Source: Bacillota bacterium
GTDB lineage: Bacteria > Bacillota > Clostridia > Acetivibrionales > JAMNXU01
Direction of reading: 5' to 3'
Assembly: GCA_023623175.1 (NCBI GenBank)
Contig: JAMNXU010000022.1
Location: forward strand, 4,181-68,180
Length of the DNA: 64,000 nt
Below, one piece after another: positions 29,816-38,876 of this stretch. Position 1 is the first letter of the stretch. Each line of letters begins with the position of its first letter. Under the pieces are notes generated by a model. It did not search any database. It was given only the letters and a program-made list of their open reading frames with translations, and was not told the origin of the DNA. The position numbers and the translations under genes are program-made.

Positions 29816-30628
29816 ATGGATATTCAAACTTTCCTTATGGCTTTCGGCCTTACACTGCTTGCAGGATTGTCAACGGGAATAGGAAGCGCGCTGGCGTTTT
29901 TCACCAAAAGGACCAATACCAAGTTTCTGTCCGTTGCGCTGGGTTTTTCCGCCGGTGTGATGATTTATGTATCAATGATTGAGATAATTGTCAAGGCCAG
30001 GGAATCACTGTCGGCCGCGCTCGGCGGCAAGGCGGGTTCGTGGGCTTCCGCAGCGGCTTTTTTCGCAGGAATGTTTTTTATAGCGGCGATTGACAGGTTT
30101 GTGCCTTCTGCCGAAAATCCCCACGAGTTCAAGAAGGTGGAACGTTTGAACAGCGCTGAAACCGGCGTCGTGACGGACAGGCTGATGAGGATGGGGGTTT
30201 TTACCGCGTTGGCCGTTGCGATTCACAACTTTCCCGAGGGGCTTGCAACCTTTACATCAGCCATTAAGAATCCTACCCTGGGTATCGCGATAGCGGTAGC
30301 CATAGCTATACACAACATTCCCGAAGGAATAGCGGTATCCGTTCCGGTGTATTTTGCCACGGGGGACAGGAAAAAGGCATTCAGGCTTTCATTTCTCTCA
30401 GGGCTGTCAGAGCCTGTCGGAGCCATCATAGGATACCTGATACTGTTCAATTTCTTCAATGACATGGTATTCGGCCTGTTGTTCGCTTTTGTGGCAGGCA
30501 TCATGGTTTTCATATCGGTGGATGAGCTGCTGCCCACGGCAATGGAGTACGGGGAACCTCACCTGTCCATTTACGGCGTGGTGGGAGGAATGATGGTTAT
30601 GGCTGTAAGCCTGCTTTTACTGATGTAA
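29816..30628 (+). CDS. zupT: ZIP family zinc transporter ZupT
   Basis: 270 aa with eight TM segments. It has HNFPEGLA and HNIPEGIAV metal-binding motifs. Confidence 0.9.
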   Translation: MDIQTFLMAFGLTLLAGLSTGIGSALAFFTKRTNTKFLSVALGFSAGVMIYVSMIEIIVKARESLSAALGGKAGSWASAAAFFAGMFFIAAIDRFVPSAENPHEFKKVERLNSAETGVVTDRLMRMGVFTALAVAIHNFPEGLATFTSAIKNPTLGIAIAVAIAIHNIPEGIAVSVPVYFATGDRKKAFRLSFLSGLSEPVGAIIGYLILFNFFNDMVFGLLFAFVAGIMVFISVDELLPTAMEYGEPHLSIYGVVGGMMVMAVSLLLLM

Positions 30629-30847
30629 TGAAGTATTTGTACATAATATGATGCCGTGGATTATATTTTCATGCAAATTTATTTTTACAGATATATAACG
30701 CTGAATTCCGGTATTTAAATGCCCAAAATTTGCATCCCGAATTTTAAAGGTTTATAATCAAAAGTGTGGTGGTAAATATTTGTCAAAAATATTTAAACTC
30801 CCGATCAGACTCCATTATTTAAAATTTATAAAGAAAGGATGATGTTT

Positions 30848-31441
30848 GTGAAAAGCTTGAAGGGAACAAGAACAGCGGAAAACCTGCTGAAATCCTTTGC
30901 AGGTGAAGCCCAGGCACGCAACCGCTATACATATTATGCGTCCGTAGCCGACAAGGAAGGTTATAAGCAAATCAGGAACATCTTCATTGAAACGGCTGAC
31001 AATGAAAAGGAGCATGCCAAGAGATTCTACAAGTTCCTGCTGGAAGGTTTCAAGGACGAGCTTCCCGGAAGGCTGAAGATTGAAGCTGAGTATCCCTTTA
31101 CGCAGGGCGACACGCTGCACAACCTGCGCGCTGCGGCCAGCGGAGAAAATGAAGAATGGTCACAGCTTTATCCCGAATTTGCAAATGTGGCTGACGAGGA
31201 AGGTTTCCCCGAAATTGCCAATGTATTCAGGAAAGTGGCCGCTGCCGAGCAATGGCATGAGATCAGGTTCAACAAGCTGGCTGACAATATTGAGAACGGC
31301 AAGGTGTTCAAGAAGGACCAGGTAGTTCGCTGGAAGTGCGGCAACTGCGGTTATGTGCATGAAGGCGCGGAAGCTCCCGAAGTATGCCCCGCATGCGCTC
31401 ATCCCAGGGCATTCTTTGAACTCTATGTAGAGGCTTATTAA
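30848..31441 (+). CDS. rbr: rubrerythrin
   Basis: It has a ferritin-like diiron domain (ExxH motifs) and a C-terminal rubredoxin-like CGNCG...CPAC. I prefer the GTG at 30848 (KSLKGTRTAENL, the usual rubrerythrin N-terminus), which has GAAAGGA 8 nt upstream. The ORF track starts at 30839. Confidence 0.9.
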   Translation: MKSLKGTRTAENLLKSFAGEAQARNRYTYYASVADKEGYKQIRNIFIETADNEKEHAKRFYKFLLEGFKDELPGRLKIEAEYPFTQGDTLHNLRAAASGENEEWSQLYPEFANVADEEGFPEIANVFRKVAAAEQWHEIRFNKLADNIENGKVFKKDQVVRWKCGNCGYVHEGAEAPEVCPACAHPRAFFELYVEAY

Positions 31442-31470
31442 TAAAAAAAGATTTATGGAATAAAACTGAA

Positions 31471-31510
31471 AAAAGGCATGGCCCTCATACAGGGATACCA
31501 TGCCTTTTTA
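31471..31510 (+). terminator. rho-independent terminator after rbr
   Basis: AAAAGGCATGG pairs with CCATGCCTTTT as a perfect stem, followed by a T tract. Confidence 0.85.
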
Positions 31511-32034
31511 TATAAGAAATTTAGTAATCGTTTTTTTAATCCCTTGTTTTATAAGTTCAGGCCAATACGAAATAACTCATTGTCAATGGAGTATTTCACA
31601 GGCTTAATAAACTTATATGGCAGTATAAATTCAGCTGAGAGAGCCTGAGTGAGCCTGATACGATAATAAAACCCGGTATTAATGAAACTTTTTTGGTGGT
31701 GTTGCAATTAAGCGTAATTTTGTATATTAGTTTAACTAAAATTATGTTACCGGGCAAAAATGATATTTAATATTTTGTGAGAACTGTAAATATTTGTTTT
31801 TAAAAAGAGGAATTTGTAAATAAATGGCCTGAATAATTGTCAAATTGTCGCGCAAAAGTATGAATATTTTTTGAAAAAGCGTTTCTATGTCGTGAAACCA
31901 CTTGCTTTTAAGATTTTAGAATATTAATATATATTTATATGATAGTGATTATATGTGTTCAGATTATTACAACATAAGGTAATGAATGAAATTATTTTTA
32001 TTATTTGAGACTTGTGATAAAACGGTGCGTCAAA

Positions 32035-33066
32035 ATGTACACAATGGAGACTTATATAAAAATATTTCAATACGCGAAAGACAATAATGCCACGGACATT
32101 CACCTTACACCGGGCTCTGTTCCTGTTATGAGGGTAGACGGTGAAATACACAAGATGCCTTTTGAAAAAGTGCTCCCGAGAGATACGGAGTATCTTGTGG
32201 ATGAAGTTCTTAACGAGGAGCAGCAAAACCATCTGAGGCAAAGGCATTTTCTCAATTCCCCCGTCGTAATCAGGGAAATCGGGAGAATTCGCGCCAATAT
32301 TTTTCAGCAGAGGGGCACCTATGCAATTAACCTGAAGCTTTTGGATATGCCCTTGCTGGATGAAGAGGTACTGGGCATCCCCAAGGCAGTGATGGACCTT
32401 CACATTTTAAAGAGCGGGCTCATCCTGATCTGCGGCAGGAGGAAATCCGGCAAATCCACGACATTGTCAGCGCTGCTCAGGAAGATAAGCGAAAAAAGGA
32501 TATGCCATATCATTACCATAGAGGATCCCATTGAACATCTGTACAAACACGACAAATCCATTATCAATCAAAAGGAAGTTGGCATTGATGTAAACAGCTT
32601 TGAAGAGGGGATTTATTCCTCAATGGCCCAGGACCCGGACGTTATAATGATCAGCTCGGCGAATGAGCCTGAAACAATTGCCGCGGCCCTGACAGCCGCT
32701 GAAAACGGGCATCTTGTCATTACGACATTTCAGTCCGGCAGCACCGTGGAAACAATCGAAAACATCATCGGCATGTTTCCTGTCGACAGGCGAAACCATA
32801 TCAAGATGCAGCTCAGCAATGTGATTGAGGCAATAGTTACGCAGCAGCTTATCCCCGCAGCTGACGAAAAGCGCAAGGTGCTGGCGACAGAGATCATGCT
32901 TGCAACGGACGCCATGAGGAACCTTATCCTTGAGAACAAGATATACCAGATTCCATCGGCGATAAAAGCAAGCCGGTCGCTGGGAATGCAGACCATGGAA
33001 GATTCGGTAAGGGAGCTTGTTGAGAAGGGATTGATAACACGGGAAACAGCTGCGCTTTTGTTATAA
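32035..33066 (+). CDS. PilT-like secretion-superfamily NTPase with degenerate catalytic motifs
   Basis: It can be aligned by eye to PilT over its whole length (ATDIHL...PVMRVDG, ITIEDPIE, AAENGHLV, SLGMQTMEDS). The Walker A is GRRKSGKST. Walker B and the His box are replaced (see findings). The start could be 32035 or 32044. Confidence 0.75.
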   Translation: MYTMETYIKIFQYAKDNNATDIHLTPGSVPVMRVDGEIHKMPFEKVLPRDTEYLVDEVLNEEQQNHLRQRHFLNSPVVIREIGRIRANIFQQRGTYAINLKLLDMPLLDEEVLGIPKAVMDLHILKSGLILICGRRKSGKSTTLSALLRKISEKRICHIITIEDPIEHLYKHDKSIINQKEVGIDVNSFEEGIYSSMAQDPDVIMISSANEPETIAAALTAAENGHLVITTFQSGSTVETIENIIGMFPVDRRNHIKMQLSNVIEAIVTQQLIPAADEKRKVLATEIMLATDAMRNLILENKIYQIPSAIKASRSLGMQTMEDSVRELVEKGLITRETAALLL

Positions 33067-33216
33067 GATCGCCCTTTGCTCAAAATGGCCGTTTGATACG
33101 GGTCCGCCGATAAGGTGCCGGACAGCTGACAAGAGACATAGAACATGGGCAACCCGTGATTATAATTAACACTGTTTTATATTAATTAATCTGATTTGTT
33201 AAGAAGAGCGAGGAGA

Positions 33217-34896
33217 ATGCTGGTGCTCAAAGATATCGGCAAACGTGGCTTCTATCCGTTGATAGGAGCGTTCCGTTATGTTTCGGTTTTTTTAACGATA
33301 CTGATGTATGTCGTGCGTGGCGTGATTGAGCAGTATGATTATGCCATGATGCTTTTGCTGGTACTCAGCATAGCGTTTTCGGTACTTCTGCTTAATTACC
33401 TTTACAGGAAAAGCCTTGACAACATTCACAGGGTCTTAGTGCTGCTTGTCATTGAAATAAGCGCGTTGTCCTTCCTGACATACATAACGGGTGGTTTGTC
33501 CAGCCCCTTTATTTGGTGCTTTCTCAACCCATTACTTATAATATCCAGTTTTTCTCTTTCCGCCCGCAAGATTTTCTTCCTGGTCGCCAATTTCATATTG
33601 TTGTGCGTGATCGGGTATGCCAGCGAAAGGGAAACAGCGGTCAGCGAATTCTTTATTGCGCGTTCGAACATTATTTTAAGCTACCTGCTGATATTGATAC
33701 TTGTTAATATATTGCTGAGGTACAATCGCAAAATACTGGAGAAACACCAGGAGTTGCGGGAAACCAAGGAACAGCTTGAGGAGTCCAACAGGAAAATCAA
33801 GGGCATAATCCGGGATATCCTCGGCATGTACGAAACCGTGCACGCCTTTCCGGGACAGGAGAGCCGTCGGAAAATCGTGGACATCATCCTGGATTTTGCT
33901 GAGAGGGTTTCTCCCGAAGCCCAGGCTTTTTTCATGCAGAACGGGGGATATATAGATGAAAATCCTATTATTACGAAAATTGAAGATCCCCTGGTAAGGG
34001 AAGAGCTTTACAACCTGAATATTTCGAAAATACCTTGGAAAGACATTTGGACGAGAAGATTGAAGCACGGCATGATGGCGGCGATGATAAGGGTGTTCAA
34101 CTTCAGGGATTATGGAGTCATAGGACTGGTGCTGCCCGCGTCAGAGTATAACAAGGCGAGGGAGGAATATGACTCGAACCTGCTGCTGTTTTCAAGGCTC
34201 GGCGCTACGTTTTTCGACAGGATTGAAACCGACGAGATAAATTATGAACTGGCCGTTGCCGACGAACAGAAACGGATAGCCGAGGACATCCATGACAGCG
34301 TGGTCCAGAGGCTTTTTGCCGTGTCGTGCTTTACATACGACATCATAAAGAATTGGGAGCAGATTCCTGACGCGGAAAAGAAAGAGCAGTTCACAACGGT
34401 CATGGAGACCGTCCAGAGCTCGCTCAGGGATCTGCGCTCCACCATTTACAACCTTAGCGACAGGATGAACCATACTGATCAGTTCCGAGGCAGTATTGAG
34501 GCATACCTAGAAAGCATGGGCAAGCTCAGCGGAATTGACATGCATGTGGACATGAAGGGCAACTTCAATGACCTGGCGGTAGGCGCCAGGAAGGCGCTTT
34601 ACAGGATTATAGCCGAAGGCGCCGGAAATGCCGTAAAACATGCTAGTTGCTCGAACATTTATGTGAACCTCGAAGTCAACGAGGATAAAACCGTTCTCAC
34701 GATAAAAGACGACGGTATCGGTTTTGACGTTCAAAAAGCCGAACAGGAAAAGAGAGGACTTGGACTGCACAATATGAAGAACCTCGTGAGAATTTTCAAC
34801 GGCGATATTTCCATAATTTCGGGGGAAGCCGAAGGTACGGCCATAGATATTAAGTTTGACAGCAGGGACGTGCTGAAAAAGGCTGAGTACGTCTGA
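33217..34896 (+). CDS. polytopic sensor histidine kinase (HisKA_3 / NarL-partner type)
   Basis: The first ~190 aa have about five or six TM segments. The H-box is AEDIHDSVVQRLF, and the HATPase motifs are NAVKHA, DDGIGF and GLGLHNM. The start is ATG 33217 or GTG 33223, the latter 6 nt after GAGGAGA. The ORF track starts at 33196. Confidence 0.85.
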   Translation: MLVLKDIGKRGFYPLIGAFRYVSVFLTILMYVVRGVIEQYDYAMMLLLVLSIAFSVLLLNYLYRKSLDNIHRVLVLLVIEISALSFLTYITGGLSSPFIWCFLNPLLIISSFSLSARKIFFLVANFILLCVIGYASERETAVSEFFIARSNIILSYLLILILVNILLRYNRKILEKHQELRETKEQLEESNRKIKGIIRDILGMYETVHAFPGQESRRKIVDIILDFAERVSPEAQAFFMQNGGYIDENPIITKIEDPLVREELYNLNISKIPWKDIWTRRLKHGMMAAMIRVFNFRDYGVIGLVLPASEYNKAREEYDSNLLLFSRLGATFFDRIETDEINYELAVADEQKRIAEDIHDSVVQRLFAVSCFTYDIIKNWEQIPDAEKKEQFTTVMETVQSSLRDLRSTIYNLSDRMNHTDQFRGSIEAYLESMGKLSGIDMHVDMKGNFNDLAVGARKALYRIIAEGAGNAVKHASCSNIYVNLEVNEDKTVLTIKDDGIGFDVQKAEQEKRGLGLHNMKNLVRIFNGDISIISGEAEGTAIDIKFDSRDVLKKAEYV

Positions 34897-34903
34897 AGAG
34901 AAG

Positions 34904-36106
34904 TTGCGGAGGAAAGCGCGGGATACATGGGATATGGGCAAAAGGGAATACGAAATACTTGCGATATTGTCAATCATAATTTTGCAAATTGTGCTGGGTT
35001 ACAGCATTTTGCCGTCGCTCATGGGCTCCTCGGGGTACATGTATGTATTCAGGCCCCTGTTTTGGCTGGCGCTTTCAGTTTACGTGCTGGTAAGACCAAG
35101 ATGCAGGTTTAAGGGGAAACTGAAGCTCAACAGGCTGTTTATACTGTGGAGCGCAATTTGTGGCTTGCTGTATATTTCCCTTTATTTTTCCGGTGGCTTC
35201 CTTGACGGAATAGGATACAGCCCCTACTCGAAAAAAGCTTTGGGCGTAATCACAAATTTGCTGAGTTTTGGCAGCACGGTTTTAATGATGGAATGGGTGA
35301 GAAATTATTTAATAAACCGGGTGAAGAAAAAATATATTGCCCTTTTCAGCATTGCGACGGTTCTGATTTTCAGCGCCCATAATCTTAATCTCAGGATGGC
35401 CCTGAACCTGGAGTCCTTGCCGCAGGCAGTGCAATATCTCGGCGAGTATGCCATTCCCGAGATTATGAGCAATATATTACTTACCTATATGGCATATATC
35501 GGCGGGGCATCCCCCGCGATGGTATACAGCGCGGTTACGTCGTTTCCGATGTGGATTACTCCGGTGCTTCCTGATCTTGAATGGATCACGAAGGCTTTTA
35601 TCGGGATAATAATGCCGGTTATTTTCCTGCTTGTTATAAGGCAGTTGTACAGAAGAAAATCCAGGGAAATTAAATACAGGGAATTCAAGTATGAAAACCC
35701 CAGGTCATGGATCGGTGTAAGTATTTTTTCAATCCTGCTCATATGGTTTGCCATAGGGATTTTTCCCGTGTTTCCTACCGTTGTCCTGACAGGGAGCATG
35801 GAGCCGGCGATATATCCCGGAGATGTGGCATTGATGGTTAAAACGGACGGAAAGAACATTAAAGTGGGTGACGTGATCCAGTATTGGACCGGTGAGGTTT
35901 TCATCATTCACAGGGTGATAGATATTGATGAGGCAACGGGCAGGTACCAGACCAAGGGGGATAACAACTCAAGCCCGGACTCAAGGCTTGTTTCCCCGGG
36001 ACAGGTGAAGGGAAAGCTTTTGAAAGTAATACCGAAGCTGGGACTGCCCGCCGTAATGTTTAATAATTCAAATAGAAACAGAATCCGCGAACAGGCAGAG
36101 TTTTAA
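34904..36106 (+). CDS. SipW-type (S26B) signal peptidase I fused to an N-terminal ~7-TM domain
   Basis: The C-terminal ~110 aa carry GSMEPAIYPGD (catalytic Ser), IHRVI (catalytic His) and KGDNN, as in the archaeal/ER-type SipW peptidases. The preceding ~285 aa are polytopic membrane sequence. Confidence 0.75.
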   Translation: MRRKARDTWDMGKREYEILAILSIIILQIVLGYSILPSLMGSSGYMYVFRPLFWLALSVYVLVRPRCRFKGKLKLNRLFILWSAICGLLYISLYFSGGFLDGIGYSPYSKKALGVITNLLSFGSTVLMMEWVRNYLINRVKKKYIALFSIATVLIFSAHNLNLRMALNLESLPQAVQYLGEYAIPEIMSNILLTYMAYIGGASPAMVYSAVTSFPMWITPVLPDLEWITKAFIGIIMPVIFLLVIRQLYRRKSREIKYREFKYENPRSWIGVSIFSILLIWFAIGIFPVFPTVVLTGSMEPAIYPGDVALMVKTDGKNIKVGDVIQYWTGEVFIIHRVIDIDEATGRYQTKGDNNSSPDSRLVSPGQVKGKLLKVIPKLGLPAVMFNNSNRNRIREQAEF

Positions 36107-36126
36107 AATCGGCCAGAGGTGCGTTC

Positions 36127-37209
36127 ATGAAGCTGAACAAAAGACTAAAAGCAGGGTTGCTCCTGTGCATTGGAATATTGTTCCTGGCAACCGCGTGGTA
36201 TACGGTTGCAGAGTGGCGGACTCCCAAATTTGTGGAGCAGAAGAATCTTATCTATTCTTTTGCGAGCAACGCCAAAATCGGCTACAGGGTTTTCCTGAGG
36301 CCTAATATAGTTTATGATGAAAATTTTATCGAAGAAGGGAAATATTATATTTCCAAGTATATTGACCACATTGAAGCGGTGTTCAGATATGAGTTTACGG
36401 GCAGCGAAGAGGCGGAACTGAACGTCGAATACGATGCCACGGCTTACCTGCAGGGGCTTTATGGCGATGAAAACGGGGTGCTCTGGAGCAAGCCTTATGA
36501 ATTGATTTCGACAAGCTCCGAAAAGGGACAGGTTTCTGAGAAAAGCATCGAAAGAAAGGTTAATATACCCCTGGATAATTATGTCGCTTTAAAAGAAAGC
36601 TTTTACCTTGATACCAGGGTGAACAGTCCAGTTGTTTTGAACGTGGTTTTCAACGTCAAGACCGTTGTCAACACTCCGAATGGAACGCTCAGCGAAACAT
36701 TGAGTCCCAACCTGGTTATTCCCATAGGCGAGACAGTTTTCAGCATGGATGGAAATCCTGAAGCGCAGGGCGGCAAAAGACTGGAGGAAACGGTAAAGGT
36801 CAGGTTGCCTTTGAATTATCAGAAAATAGCGCTCCTGGCATCCTTTGCGCTTTTGCTGGTTGTCGCATTTATTGTTGTCTGCCTTGCCAAGGAAGAAAAG
36901 ATGCCTGACGCTTTCCAGAAGGAGATCAGGGGCATATTCAAGGAATACGGGGACAGGCTTGCGGGCATGGAAAAGCCGGTTCCGTACCATATGCTGGATA
37001 TCATCAGCGTCAATTCCGTTGAAGACATAGTCAAGATCGCCGACGAGATAGGGCAGCCGGTATTCTACTACATGGTGGACACCCGTACCGAAAGGAAAAT
37101 AGAGTTCTACGTGTTTGACAACACTAGAACCTATTACATGGTTATTTTTGGCGAAATCGAGAATACCGGTGATTCCGGCGCAGAGGAGGACACTAATAAG
37201 GAAATTTAA
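36127..37209 (+). CDS. bitopic membrane protein of unknown function (possibly DUF5305-like)
   Basis: 360 aa. It has an N-terminal anchor (AGLLLCIGILFLATAWY), an ectodomain of about 210 aa, a second TM segment (IALLASFALLLVVAFIVVCLA) and a cytoplasmic tail of about 115 aa. An AGAGGTG RBS precedes the start. Confidence 0.5.
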   Translation: MKLNKRLKAGLLLCIGILFLATAWYTVAEWRTPKFVEQKNLIYSFASNAKIGYRVFLRPNIVYDENFIEEGKYYISKYIDHIEAVFRYEFTGSEEAELNVEYDATAYLQGLYGDENGVLWSKPYELISTSSEKGQVSEKSIERKVNIPLDNYVALKESFYLDTRVNSPVVLNVVFNVKTVVNTPNGTLSETLSPNLVIPIGETVFSMDGNPEAQGGKRLEETVKVRLPLNYQKIALLASFALLLVVAFIVVCLAKEEKMPDAFQKEIRGIFKEYGDRLAGMEKPVPYHMLDIISVNSVEDIVKIADEIGQPVFYYMVDTRTERKIEFYVFDNTRTYYMVIFGEIENTGDSGAEEDTNKEI

Positions 37210-37210
37210 T

Positions 37211-37248
37211 GGCACCAAAGTAGTATATTCGCATACTACTTTGGTACC
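37211..37248 (+). other. intercistronic stem-loop
   Basis: GGCACCAAAGTAGTAT pairs with ATACTACTTTGGTACC (one mismatch, 6-nt loop), starting 2 nt after the stop of the previous gene. There is no U tract. Confidence 0.6.
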
Positions 37249-37397
37249 GGGAGAATGGTACTCTGCAAGGTAAAAATCACACGCTCCGGTAATTTACAAT
37301 GGCATATTTTACGTATAACATAAAATCACAGGAAATAACGAAATAAACATAAATTCGACATTTCGCGAAGAAATATGATTTGGGAAAGGGGTATAAC

Positions 37398-38102
37398 ATG
37401 AAAAGGTCTAAATTCATTTTACTGGCGTTGGTGGCGGCATTGGTACTGATGGGCGCGGGATACGCAGCCTGGACGCAGACGTTTACAATCGATAACAACA
37501 TTACAACGGGAGAATTATTCATTAAGGTCGAGCAGGTACAAAGTGGGAACAAAATTTTAGTGTATAACGAAACTGATAATAAATATGTCGATCTCCCGGA
37601 AAATCATTATTTAGGCAATATTTTAGATTTTGCTGTAGGCAAGGAGTCCGGAGAAAAAAACAGAGAAGGTCAAAGTACTTTGGAATCATTGTCATGTACT
37701 ATTGAACAGATGCATCCCGGAACCAAATTAATCCACACCTTGAAATTTACGAATCTGGGAACTGTAAAAGCTACTACAAAAGCCATCAGCAAGAGTGGAG
37801 AAAATGATGAGATAGCTCCTGAGACCGGGCACATGCCTTTGTGGAACGATATGATTTTAACAGTAAGAAAAATAAAAGGTGATCATGAGGAAAGTAGAGT
37901 AATTGGACAAGATACAACAGGTATTGATAAATTTAACAGCTTTAAAAATGCTTTGGCCTGGGCGGTTGGCGATCTTGACGTGGGAGAAAATGTTACAGTG
38001 GTAATTGAGCAGGAGCTTCCCGAAAGCAGTGATAATCAAACAGAAAATATAAAAAATCTGGTATGGAAGGTCATACTGCAATTTGAGCAGGCCTTTGATT
38101 AA
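37398..38102 (+). CDS. TasA/camelysin-like secreted protein, paralogue 1 (candidate major subunit)
   Basis: It has a SipW-class-like signal (MKRSKFILLALVAALVLMGAGYAAWTQTF). The TTGELFIKV and HPGTKLIHTLKFTNLGTV motifs and a C-terminal strand ending in LQFEQ parallel TasA. A GGAAAGGGG RBS precedes the start. Confidence 0.65.
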   Translation: MKRSKFILLALVAALVLMGAGYAAWTQTFTIDNNITTGELFIKVEQVQSGNKILVYNETDNKYVDLPENHYLGNILDFAVGKESGEKNREGQSTLESLSCTIEQMHPGTKLIHTLKFTNLGTVKATTKAISKSGENDEIAPETGHMPLWNDMILTVRKIKGDHEESRVIGQDTTGIDKFNSFKNALAWAVGDLDVGENVTVVIEQELPESSDNQTENIKNLVWKVILQFEQAFD

Positions 38103-38142
38103 TCGAACGGGCTTTTGAACAGGAATTGCACTGGTATACCAT

Positions 38143-38174
38143 AAATGGCACAAGCCACCTGACTTGTGCCATTT
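38143..38174 (+). other. stem-loop after paralogue 1 (attenuator/terminator-like)
   Basis: AAATGGCACAAG pairs with CTTGTGCCATTT as a perfect 12-bp stem around an 8-nt loop. Confidence 0.6.
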
Positions 38175-38207
38175 ACAGTATATGGCGGGGTTAGCCGGGT
38201 GGTAAAG

Positions 38208-38876
38208 ATGAAGAGATTTCACAGTACGAAATATTTACTGGTAACAGCGGTGATTGCACTTATCCTGATGGGATTCAGCTATGCCATGGCAATGCAGGCA
38301 GGCTTCGTGGATGCCTACATGTCGAATAACGCTTTAATTGAGTTCATACCCGATGAGTGCGGAGTATTGACTGCAAGCAACGGTGTAACTGCCTCCGTGG
38401 ATTTCAACCGCGACATTGCCGGGAAAATAGTCGATAAAGCTCATATTAAGCTTACCGCCCGGGGTTTCTACCCGGGAGCCCGAGTAGTTTATAACATTGC
38501 GGCCAGGAACATAAGCAACATACCTCTTACGGTTGATCAGTACAAGCTTGAAATAGACGACAAGAACCAGTCCCTGAGGGATTTAATAAGATTTTCCTGC
38601 AACGTGAAATTGTATAAGGAGAACGACAGTTATTACAATCTGCTCGGGTCATTTAAAAATATAGGAATTGACGAACTCGCCGCAAATTTGACATCAATTA
38701 TGAAGTATAGAAAAATAGATGTAAATGAGAAAATTGTGCTCGAATTCAGCGAACATATAAGTCAGTATCATCAAATGGCCGCCGGAAAAAGCGGATTGTC
38801 CTATAAGCTGGTTCCGGTATTCAAACAATATTTCCCGGGCGAGGAACAGGAAGACGAGGCTGAGAAAACCACATGA
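38208..38876 (+). CDS. TasA-like secreted protein, paralogue 2
   Basis: Its signal (MKRFHSTKYLLVTAVIALILMGFSYAMAMQAGF) carries the same G-x-x-Y-A motif, and the body is beta-rich. It is more divergent than paralogue 1. Confidence 0.5.
   Translation: MKRFHSTKYLLVTAVIALILMGFSYAMAMQAGFVDAYMSNNALIEFIPDECGVLTASNGVTASVDFNRDIAGKIVDKAHIKLTARGFYPGARVVYNIAARNISNIPLTVDQYKLEIDDKNQSLRDLIRFSCNVKLYKENDSYYNLLGSFKNIGIDELAANLTSIMKYRKIDVNEKIVLEFSEHISQYHQMAAGKSGLSYKLVPVFKQYFPGEEQEDEAEKTT

Noticed and set aside
29134-29817. 227-aa ORF antisense to the 3' end of hcp
   Set aside because: hcp is unambiguous on the + strand. The antisense ORF has no recognisable features and crosses the terminator hairpin.
31511-32034. 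c-di-GMP (GEMM-I/II) or other riboswitch upstream of the fibre locus
   Set aside because: I read the region for the conserved GEMM cores (GGCAAACC...GGGACGCAAAGCC, and ACGCACA...CCGAAAGG) and found nothing similar. The region is AT-rich with little capacity for GC-rich pairing. Only a covariance-model scan could exclude this fully.
32035-33066. Reading the PilT-like gene as evidence for a type IV pilus, competence or type II secretion locus
   Set aside because: No PilB/GspE, PilC/GspF, prepilin peptidase or class III (G-F/M-T-L-x-E) pilin genes are nearby. The neighbours use SipW-type signals instead.
36589-37218. 209-aa ORF antisense to the bitopic membrane protein gene
   Set aside because: The + strand ORF has a good RBS, sits tightly spaced in the operon and has a coherent TM topology. 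The antisense ORF has none of these.
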